Shown: piece after piece, positions 38,125 through 46,000 of the stretch
Layout of the letters: each line of letters begins with the position of its first letter
Position numbering within the stretch: the stretch's first letter is position 1
Assembly: GCA_016841245.1 (NCBI GenBank)
Contig: JAENZN010000023.1
Location: 1,016 to 65,015 of the forward strand
Reading direction: 5' to 3'
DNA from: Syntrophomonas sp.
Lineage (GTDB): Bacteria > Bacillota > Syntrophomonadia > Syntrophomonadales > Syntrophomonadaceae
DNA: 64,000 bases
Translations under genes and position numbers: made by a program
The notes under the pieces: model-generated
Seen by the model: only the letters and a program-made list of their open reading frames with translations
What the model was told of the DNA's origin: nothing
The model's database searches: none

Positions 38125-38387
38125 ACCAGATAATCTGAGAAAAAAATTCGGCACCTTATCCAAAGGGGCCGAATGCAAAGGTATGTAAATTTATAATGCC
38201 ATAACAGGCAGGGAAGCAGGCACCAGAAATTTCTGTTTACTTCTTTTCACTCCATATCGCCTGCAGGTATATTACTCCTGCTTTTATTTACCACCAAAAT
38301 TCGTATTTTATATGTTACAGTAATTGTTACAGGCTTGTTGATTATTGACACACCACGGTTACACCACTTACACAGTGCTTTCACAGT

Positions 38388-40430
38388 TTATATTGATATA
38401 TTATAGTATTTTATTCTCCTATATATAGTATTGCGAGAAACTCCCATTTCCCGTGCAACCTGGCTTATATTTCCGCCGAAACGGCTTATCAGTTCCAGGA
38501 GTTCTTGCTTCTCCTGTTCTTCACGGATTTTCCTTTTTTTATTTCTTTCCAGGTTGATGTTTAACGGGCCAGTAATATTAGAATTACCATTAGACCTATT
38601 ATCTAACTGTATTTCCGCCCTATCGCTTATTACCGGTCGGTAAACCTCAACCGGAATATCTTTGATTTCGAGGGCGTTACCCTGAGCCATACACACCATC
38701 CTCTCCACTACATTTTCTAGCTCCCGTACATTTCCAGGCCAGTTATAATTTCCCAGTACCGACATAATTTCCGGCTGGATATCATCTATTTCCACTCCCT
38801 GTCGACGACAGATCTGATTCACAAAATAATCAAATAGGAGAGGTATGTCTTCGGGATGCTGACGCAAAGGAGGAAGATTGACCTTCAAAACATTCAGGCG
38901 ATAAAATAAATCCCGCCTGAAACCTCCTTTCTCGACCGCCTCCTGCAAGTTTTTATTGCTGGCACAGATAATACGAACATCAACTGGTATGATTCGGTTA
39001 TCCCCAATTCTAATTATAGCCTTCTCCTGTATAGCCCTTAAGAGCGCACCTTGCTTGCCATAAGTCATATCTCCTATTTCATCCAGAAATAAAGTTCCCC
39101 CGCTGGCCATTTCGAATTTTCCCGGTCTCCCTCCTCGGTGGGCTCCAGTAAAGGCCCCCTCCACATAACCGAATAGTTCACTGCCTAATAGATCCCGCGG
39201 TATAGCCGCACAGTTAAGTGCTACAAAAGGACCATCACAACGCTTGCTCTGATTATGGATAGCCTGAGCAAATACCTCTTTACCGGTACCACTCTCCCCT
39301 TGCAAGAGAATATTGTTATCATTTAAAGCAGCAAGCCTGCCAATTCTTACCGATTCTGCGATCTCGGGACTGCCTCCTATAATATCCTCAAAAGTAAATC
39401 TAGCCTGCGCACCGCTAAAACGATTTACCAGATTCTTAATTTTGGTTATAGGACTTAATATGATAACCCCCCCGTTGAGTTTACCCTCCTCATCTCTAAT
39501 CGCTTTACCAGATGCAAGACAATGTATATTGCGCCCTTCCCAACTTACGTTTATCTCTATATCTGAACAGGGGTTACCGGCTGCCAGCATTTCTTTTACA
39601 CGCGGGACTTCTCTTAAAATATCTTCCAGGTGTACACCCTCAATATCCTCTGCCGATCTTTTCAAGATACGTTCCGCACCTGGATTTACCTGTTCAATAA
39701 CCCCTCGCTGGTTGATAATCACTACCCCTTCCGACATAGTGTGGAAAATATTGTGCAATCGATTATTTACCAGTATTAATTCCCGGTTTTGCTGCTGAAC
39801 CTGCATCTGCTCCTCAATAGCTGCTACGGCTGATACTGCCATCCCCAGAGTATGCTGATGACTGGTTTCAGCAGGACCGGATATTTGCAGGACCCCCACT
39901 AACTGCTGGTTATTATCTAAAATTGGAGCTGCTGAACAGGTCCAATAATGTATGGACTGACAATAATGTTCCGCACCCGATACTTGTACCGGTCCTCTCA
40001 GCACTAGTGCAGTGCCAATACCATTAGTTCCAGCAATTTCCTCCATCCAACAGCTTCCTTTAACCAGATTGATTTCTTTACCTTTTACGATAGCATTACT
40101 GGCTCCAAGTATTTCCAGTATATAACCCTTTTCATCCGAAAGCATTACTGCAAATCCAGTTCCGGCAACGAATTCATACAACTTCTGCATAAAGGGAAGA
40201 GCAATTCCTATCAAAGCCTTTTTTCTCTGCAAACGTTCATTCAGATGCTTTTCGTCTAAAATTTCGTTCGTAATTTCCACATATGGATCAACCCCTGCTT
40301 GCTTACATCGGTGCCATGATGCAGCAATTTCGCTGCGCACGATCGCTGCATCCAACTCTCCTCGGTCTATAAATTGCTGCCAGGCTCTTGCTATACCATT
40401 TATACTGTCATCAAAAAACTTTTCAACCAT
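38388..40430 (-). CDS. Sigma-54-dependent transcriptional activator (AcoR-like: GAF-like N-terminus, PAS, AAA+, Fis-type HTH)
   Basis: The AAA+ EBP motifs are [19 protein letters not shown] and the RELENVVER block. The C-terminal HTH reads [21 protein letters not shown]. Confidence 0.9.
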   Translation of the reverse strand: MVEKFFDDSINGIARAWQQFIDRGELDAAIVRSEIAASWHRCKQAGVDPYVEITNEILDEKHLNERLQRKKALIGIALPFMQKLYEFVAGTGFAVMLSDEKGYILEILGASNAIVKGKEINLVKGSCWMEEIAGTNGIGTALVLRGPVQVSGAEHYCQSIHYWTCSAAPILDNNQQLVGVLQISGPAETSHQHTLGMAVSAVAAIEEQMQVQQQNRELILVNNRLHNIFHTMSEGVVIINQRGVIEQVNPGAERILKRSAEDIEGVHLEDILREVPRVKEMLAAGNPCSDIEINVSWEGRNIHCLASGKAIRDEEGKLNGGVIILSPITKIKNLVNRFSGAQARFTFEDIIGGSPEIAESVRIGRLAALNDNNILLQGESGTGKEVFAQAIHNQSKRCDGPFVALNCAAIPRDLLGSELFGYVEGAFTGAHRGGRPGKFEMASGGTLFLDEIGDMTYGKQGALLRAIQEKAIIRIGDNRIIPVDVRIICASNKNLQEAVEKGGFRRDLFYRLNVLKVNLPPLRQHPEDIPLLFDYFVNQICRRQGVEIDDIQPEIMSVLGNYNWPGNVRELENVVERMVCMAQGNALEIKDIPVEVYRPVISDRAEIQLDNRSNGNSNITGPLNINLERNKKRKIREEQEKQELLELISRFGGNISQVAREMGVSRNTIYRRIKYYNISI

Positions 40431-40806
40431 CTGCTAACACCTACTCCACGTTATTTATCATAATAACTGCTTTCTAGTGGGGTCCAAAAGAATTTTATAC
40501 TTGATCGAATGTTACTTCTATTATTCAAGCAATTGACTATTCTACGATTATATTATAAATCATAAAAAACCAGAATCATAACTACTCTTCCAGGGCAGAT
40601 GGATATCCCCTCTTCCCGCTCATCAAGGTTTATGGTTTTAAATCTTCTTATCACCTCTTAACCTTATTATTTACATCTGTATTTCGTAGGGCTAAAGTAA
40701 TAATTTATTTTTATATTTAGGTCTTTTTTCTTATTTTATTTAATCAACCCCAGATATTCATGACCTTTATACGTATAATTAATAAAAGATTGGGAGGTTG
40801 ACTAAG

Positions 40807-41790
40807 ATGAAAAAATTAATTTCCATAAGCATGATACTTCTGCTGGTATTGGCATTCGGTTCTGGTACCGCCGCAGCTAAACCCGGGCAAAGCAACAGCG
40901 GCAAATCAACAGCACAGGTTAACAAGGATGTAAAACAGAATAAATCACAATCAAACTCCAAGCAGCTTAATGCTCAATTAAAACAGGAAGTAAAGCTGCA
41001 AAAGCAGTTATTCATGCAATTAGAGAAAACCGTTCGTTTCTCAGATACCGAGGGCCACTGGGCCTCCAAATCCATTGCCACTCTAGCCGAGCTCGGGGTA
41101 ATAACCGGCTATCCGGATGGAAGTTATAATCCGGATGGAGAGATGACCCTGGCGGAAGCCCTTTCTCTCATCATGCGGGTTAGCGACGAAGAGCTGGATG
41201 AGGTAGAACCTGCTGCTGAAGAAGACCCGGGTACAACCGAGGAAGATTCTGATAGTGAAGAAGAACCCAGCATAGCCGAGGAAGATCCTACTGCTGACCC
41301 AGAATTAACTGAAGACGGCACGGAAGATATTGAAGATGAAGAATTTTCAGACGTCCCTGCTTGGGCCAAAGGGGCAGCCAAAAAAGCTTCCCAGAATGGA
41401 GTTATTAACATAAATCGTTTCCATTCTGCCACTCAGGCCAACCGGGCCCAGGTAGCTGTCATGCTGGCCAAGGCACTAGGTATTGAACCAGTGGATAGCA
41501 GCGATGTATGCTTTACTGACGGAATACTAATATCACCTGAAGATATCGGATATATTACCGCCCTTCAACAGCAGGGACTCTTCTGTGGAGATGCCCAGGG
41601 TAAATTTAATCCCAATTCTGCCATGACCAGGGCACAAATGGCGGAAGTAATTATCCGGCTGCTCACCGAGGAAGAACCACTTGATGAAAACACTGGTGAT
41701 GAAGAAGTTGTTGACGAAAGTGTTGATGATACCGGCAACGCTGATGATGACAACCCAGATACAGATGGTGAGGCAGTTCCTGTAGAATAG
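40807..41790 (+). CDS. Secreted SLH-domain protein with highly acidic linkers
   Basis: It has a signal peptide (MKKLISISMILLLVLAFGSGTAAA) and SLH motifs (FSDTEGHWASKSIATLAELGVITGYPDGSYNPDGEMTLAEA; FSDVPAWAKGAA...; FTDGILISPEDIGYITALQQQGLFCGDAQGKFNPNSAMTRAQMAEV). GGGAGG lies upstream. Confidence 0.85.
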   Translation: MKKLISISMILLLVLAFGSGTAAAKPGQSNSGKSTAQVNKDVKQNKSQSNSKQLNAQLKQEVKLQKQLFMQLEKTVRFSDTEGHWASKSIATLAELGVITGYPDGSYNPDGEMTLAEALSLIMRVSDEELDEVEPAAEEDPGTTEEDSDSEEEPSIAEEDPTADPELTEDGTEDIEDEEFSDVPAWAKGAAKKASQNGVININRFHSATQANRAQVAVMLAKALGIEPVDSSDVCFTDGILISPEDIGYITALQQQGLFCGDAQGKFNPNSAMTRAQMAEVIIRLLTEEEPLDENTGDEEVVDESVDDTGNADDDNPDTDGEAVPVE

Positions 41791-41850
41791 AACAAGCAGG
41801 TATTAAATACTTCTTTATATTAAATAAACCTTTGCTGTAATAATAGAATA

Positions 41851-41884
41851 GTAATAAAAGCCCCGGCCGCAGCCGGGGCTTTTT
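41851..41884. terminator. Bidirectional terminator, copy 1 of an exact 33-34-bp direct repeat
   Basis: The sequence GTAATAAAAGCCCCGGCCGCAGCCGGGGCTTTT has the stem GCCCCGGC/GCCGGGGC. It lies just after the SLH gene. Confidence 0.85.
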
Positions 41885-41885
41885 T

Positions 41886-42005
41886 AGGCCGATGACAGAA
41901 GCGAATATCTGCGTTATTTCAAAAACCCCGCTCAATCAACGTACTCATGTACGCCTCAATCGCGGGATTTTTTTATGCCTTGATCTTCACTCCTGTCATC
42001 GGCCT
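41886..42005. repeat. 120-bp element bounded by 13-bp perfect inverted repeats (AGGCCGATGACAG / CTGTCATCGGCCT) with an internal terminator-like hairpin
   Basis: Read directly. The interior contains AAAAACCCCGC...GCGGGATTTTTTT and an inner CGTAC-TCAT-GTACG stem. Confidence 0.75.
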
Positions 42006-42033
42006 AGCATCTTGCCGACTTTATCGACAAGAT

Positions 42034-42067
42034 GTAATAAAAGCCCCGGCCGCAGCCGGGGCTTTTA
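42034..42067. terminator. Bidirectional terminator, copy 2 (serves glnA on the minus strand)
   Basis: It is an identical 33-34-mer to 41851-41884. Confidence 0.85.
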
Positions 42068-42110
42068 TTCACCCATACTCTGGACGATTCCATTTCCTAA
42101 GTAATTTAGC

Positions 42111-43403
42111 TTAATATTTTTTCAAATACCTTTGTATCTCCCAATTATGCACTGTCTCTGCATAACTGTCCCATTCCTTTTGTTTAGCATCAATAAAACT
42201 ATAAAAGACATGGTCTCCCAGGGTTTCTCTTACCAGCTCATCCTTCTTCATTTCATCTATTGCTTCCTGCAAATCCCTGGGGAATAAGACCTCTCGTTTA
42301 CACTTATTGTCTTTATATGTTTCAAACAGGTTCCCATTAACAGGCGGGGGCGGCATGATTCTATCTTCGATTCCTTTAAGACCCGCTGTAAGCATTACCG
42401 CAAAAGCAAGATAAGGATTAGCAGTTGGATCAGGGTTTCTTAATTCAACTCTAGTAGCTTCTCCCCGAGCAGCAGGTATCCTTATCAAAGTACTGCGGTT
42501 CAGGGTTGACCAGGCAATATGTACCGGTGCTTCATATCCTGGTTTTAGACGCTTATAGCTATTAATAATAGGGTTGGTAACTGCTGCCATACCCCGAGCA
42601 TGATGTAATAGACCCCCAATATAATACAATGCCGTCTCACTCAATTGATCCGGTTGGGTCTCATCATAGAAAATATTCTTACCATCCCTGAACAAGGATT
42701 GGTTGCAATGCATAGCACTACCATTTTCGCCCGAAAAGGGTTTGGGCATAAATGTAGCGTAAAGTTCAAATTGTCGGGCAATATTCTTAACTACATCCCG
42801 AAAGGTAACCCAGTTATCTGCTGTTTTAAGAGCATCGTCATATTTAAAATCTATTTCGTGCTGTCCCGGAGCTACTTCGTGATGAGAGGCTTCTATCTTT
42901 AAACCCATTTTCTTTAAGGTTAAAATGATATTCCTTCGAGCATCTTCTCCCATATCAGTGGGAGCCAGATCAAAATATCCAGCCGTATCATGAATTTCGA
43001 AGGTGGGCTGCCCCTTTTCATCCGTACGGAAAAGAAAAAATTCTCCTTCCGGCCCCAGATTCAGAATATATCCCATATTAGCTGCCTTTTTAATAGCCTG
43101 TTTCAGTATATATCTGGGGCATCCTTCAAATGGCTGGCCGTTTGGTCTATATACATCGCAAATCATCCGGGCTACCCCTTCTTCCCGTGGGCGCCATGGC
43201 ATTACTGCAAAGGTAGCCGGATCAGGTACGATACACTGATCGGATTCCTCAATTCTGGCAAAACCATCTATAGATGATCCATCAAACATCAACCGGCCAG
43301 CAAAAGCTTTTTCCAGTTCGTCCACCATTATGGATGTACTCTTCATTACTCCAAAAATATCTGTAAACTGCAGGCTGATAAACTCTATACCCTGGTTCTC
43401 CAC
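42111..43403 (-). CDS. glnA: Glutamine synthetase type I (GlnA)
   Basis: Motifs are LQFTDIFG, MFDGSSIDGFARIEESD, HHEVAPGQHEIDF, NGSAMHCNQSL and SYKRLKPGYEAP. The true start is probably upstream of the GTG at 43403 (see the finding on the ATT at 43439). Confidence 0.92.
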   Translation of the reverse strand: MENQGIEFISLQFTDIFGVMKSTSIMVDELEKAFAGRLMFDGSSIDGFARIEESDQCIVPDPATFAVMPWRPREEGVARMICDVYRPNGQPFEGCPRYILKQAIKKAANMGYILNLGPEGEFFLFRTDEKGQPTFEIHDTAGYFDLAPTDMGEDARRNIILTLKKMGLKIEASHHEVAPGQHEIDFKYDDALKTADNWVTFRDVVKNIARQFELYATFMPKPFSGENGSAMHCNQSLFRDGKNIFYDETQPDQLSETALYYIGGLLHHARGMAAVTNPIINSYKRLKPGYEAPVHIAWSTLNRSTLIRIPAARGEATRVELRNPDPTANPYLAFAVMLTAGLKGIEDRIMPPPPVNGNLFETYKDNKCKREVLFPRDLQEAIDEMKKDELVRETLGDHVFYSFIDAKQKEWDSYAETVHNWEIQRYLKKY

Positions 43404-43473
43404 CTCTCTATAGACCTCTTTTATTAATTCGTTGATAATATTTGACCTCCTTGTAGATTTCTTTTACCTAATT

Positions 43474-43553
43474 AGTTTACATAATCTACAGTATGTTTAT
43501 CAAACACGAGCCTGTATTCTAAACGTCCAATATCGTTGTTTACAACTCTTACA
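43474..43553 (-). promoter_or_regulatory. Two GlnR/TnrA-box-like 17-mers in the glnA upstream region
   Basis: The minus strand reads TGTAAGAGTTGTAAACA (43553-43537) and TGTAGATTATGTAAACT (43490-43474). The remembered consensus is TGTNA-N7-TNACA, and each box deviates at 1-2 positions. Confidence 0.3.
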
Positions 43554-43833
43554 AGTGGTTCAGATAAGGCATGAGCAGATATGCCTCCAAAAACTCCAAT
43601 TACTTCCAATTCCCTTGCTTAACATCCTATAAAGTGTTAACCGCTTATCTTAATTAGAACGGCAAACTAATGCAAACTTGAACCTACTTCCATATACTTG
43701 CATTAAACAACTCCGGATTATGTATCTCCTGCTCAAACACATGAAGCCGGTAAGCCATATACAAAAGCTTTCATTAGCAATCAAGGAAAAGTATAGAATG
43801 AGGTATACTAATTAAGTATTAATAATATAAGAA

Positions 43834-45684
43834 ATGGGTGCTGAAGTGCAATTTTTGCCGGTGAATAAGAAAGATATGAAAAACAGAGGCTGGGATCAGC
43901 TCGATATAATACTTATAAGCGGAGATGCTTACGTTGACCATCCAGCCTGGGCATCTGCTATACTGGGACGTTTTCTGGAATCACAGGGCTACCGGGTAGG
44001 AATTATTGCTCAGCCCGATTGGAGAAGTATCGATGATTTTAAAAAGCTGGGGGTGCCCCGCTTGTTCTTCGGAATAAGCTCCGGTAATCTCGACAGCATG
44101 GTAAGCCATTATACCGCAGATAAGAAAAAACGCCGCGGGGATTTATACTCCCCCGGGGGCAAAGACGGTCATCGGCCAGATCGAGCTGCTATCGTTTATA
44201 CCAATCGGATACGGGAAGCGTTTCCCGGTATACCAGTTATTGTAGGAGGAATAGAAGCCAGTCTGAGACGACTGGCCCACTATGATTATTGGAGTAATCA
44301 AATAAGACGTTCCCTACTATTGGACAGCAAGGCAGATCTCCTGGTTTACGGGATGGGCGAGTATACCCTGCTGGATATTGCCAGGCGTTTAACACAAGGT
44401 GAAGATATCAGGCAAATTCGGAATATACAAGGTACCGCTTATGTTTCAGATGAGCTTCCCCCTGGGGCGCTAAAGCTGCCCTCTTTAGAAGAAGTACGGG
44501 AAAATAAACAAGCCTTTAACCTGTTTACCCGCCAGCTGTTCAATAATAATAATCCCTATTCATCTCCACCTCTGGCCCAGGCCCATGGAGACCGAATGGT
44601 AATAATCAACCCTCCTCCGATACCTCTGACCACGAAGCAGTTGGACTCAATCTATGAAATCCCTTTCCAACGTGCTTACCATCCAGGGTACGAACAGGCA
44701 GGCGGCATTCCGGCCCTGAACCCGGTGCAATTTTCCCTGCTAACCCACCGCGGGTGTTTTGGAGGCTGTCATTTTTGCTCCATAGGACTGCACCAGGGCA
44801 AATTCATCCAAAACCGCAGTATCCCATCTCTGGCCCGAGAGGCCCAATCATTCCTTGAACACCCTGACTTCAAAGGTATAATACCCGATTTAGGAGCCGC
44901 TTCTGCTAATATGTACGGCTTATCAGGACAGGATCAGGATAAGTGCCGGCAGTGCCAAAGACCAAGCTGCCTTTACCCCCGATTATGCAAAAATCTCAAT
45001 ACCGACCATTCTCCCTCGATCAAACTCTGGTCTCATATGCGGCAGCTTAAAGGTATTAGAAATATAAGAGTAGCATCCGGAGTTCGTTATGATTTAGTGC
45101 TGGAAGATCCGACAGGAAAATATCTTAATGACCTGTGCCGCTATCATGTTGGCGGACAGCTAAAAGTCGCCCCTGAGCATATATCCCCGTCAGTAACCAG
45201 ATTAATGGGTAAACCCGGCCGGGAAAAATATGAATTGTTTGTGCAGAAATATAACTCCATCAATCAGAAGCTGGGAAAAAAGCAGTACCTTATCCCCTAT
45301 TTCATCTCCGCCCATCCAGGCTGCGGACTGAATGAAACTATTGAACTGGCAGAGTTCGCAAGGGACCACCTGCAGTATTATCCAGAACAGGTACAGAACT
45401 TTACCCCTACTCCCATGACCCTATCCACCTGTATGTATTATACTGGGTTCAACCCATTAAACGGCCAACCCATTCATATACCAGACAGTAACTGGGAAAG
45501 GAAAGCCCAGCGGGCCCTGCTCCAGCATCGCAACCCTGATAACCGCGCAATGGCAGTAGAAGCTCTCCAAAAATGTGGTCGAAGCGATTTGATCGGCTCA
45601 TCAAGTAAGGCTCTGATAAGAGATAGAAATTTGTATCCAGGTAGAAAACGAAAAAAAAGTAAAACTCCTAACCGCAATAAGTAA
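43834..45684 (+). CDS. ygiQ: YgiQ-family radical SAM protein (UPF0313)
   Basis: The N-terminus is FLPVNKKDMKNRGWDQLDIILISGDAYVDHPAWASAILGR. The radical-SAM Cys cluster is RGCFGGCHFCSI, and the C-terminus is basic. Confidence 0.88.
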   Translation: MGAEVQFLPVNKKDMKNRGWDQLDIILISGDAYVDHPAWASAILGRFLESQGYRVGIIAQPDWRSIDDFKKLGVPRLFFGISSGNLDSMVSHYTADKKKRRGDLYSPGGKDGHRPDRAAIVYTNRIREAFPGIPVIVGGIEASLRRLAHYDYWSNQIRRSLLLDSKADLLVYGMGEYTLLDIARRLTQGEDIRQIRNIQGTAYVSDELPPGALKLPSLEEVRENKQAFNLFTRQLFNNNNPYSSPPLAQAHGDRMVIINPPPIPLTTKQLDSIYEIPFQRAYHPGYEQAGGIPALNPVQFSLLTHRGCFGGCHFCSIGLHQGKFIQNRSIPSLAREAQSFLEHPDFKGIIPDLGAASANMYGLSGQDQDKCRQCQRPSCLYPRLCKNLNTDHSPSIKLWSHMRQLKGIRNIRVASGVRYDLVLEDPTGKYLNDLCRYHVGGQLKVAPEHISPSVTRLMGKPGREKYELFVQKYNSINQKLGKKQYLIPYFISAHPGCGLNETIELAEFARDHLQYYPEQVQNFTPTPMTLSTCMYYTGFNPLNGQPIHIPDSNWERKAQRALLQHRNPDNRAMAVEALQKCGRSDLIGSSSKALIRDRNLYPGRKRKKSKTPNRNK

Positions 45685-45767
45685 AGATTCCGGTATATGC
45701 CGGTGATTTTGTGGGTGTAAGCTCTATAAAATAATAATAATGGCCTGAATGGGCAAAAAACGTCCGT

Positions 45768-46000
45768 TTAATATGCAGCTTTAAAAATCCGCAGGCGCAT
45801 AGAATTAGATACTACGCTTACCGAACTCAGGGACATAGCCCCGGCTGCTATAACCGGTGATAGTAAACCCATGGCTGCGAAAGGTCCGGATATTCGCCCC
45901 CTTCAATAAAAATACCGTTTTCTGCTCCAATGCCTGTTCCAACCATGATAGCCGTGGGTGTATATGGCCTTTTATTATCAATCAGAAATGGGATAGTCAT
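45768..46000 (-). pseudogene. Relic of a heavy-metal (CopA-type) P-type ATPase: two frames, massive internal deletion
   Basis: The minus strand encodes ...[23 protein letters not shown] (the region just before the phosphorylation domain). In another frame it encodes [33 protein letters not shown] (the last TM helix and C-terminus). About 500 codons between them are absent. Confidence 0.75.

Noticed and set aside
38148-38173. TTCGGC-N14-GCCGAA inverted repeat upstream of the sigma-54 promoter, considered as the EBP binding site.
   Set aside because: It has only 6-bp arms, occurs once, and sits just 25-50 bp from the -24 element. That is too weak to call, so I mention alternative candidate repeats in the AOR finding instead.
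41124-41935. Minus-strand ORFs 41124-41432, 41565-41795 and 41663-41935.
   Set aside because: They lie antisense to the acidic low-complexity linkers of the SLH protein. Their Ser-rich translations are artefacts of GAA/GAT repeats.
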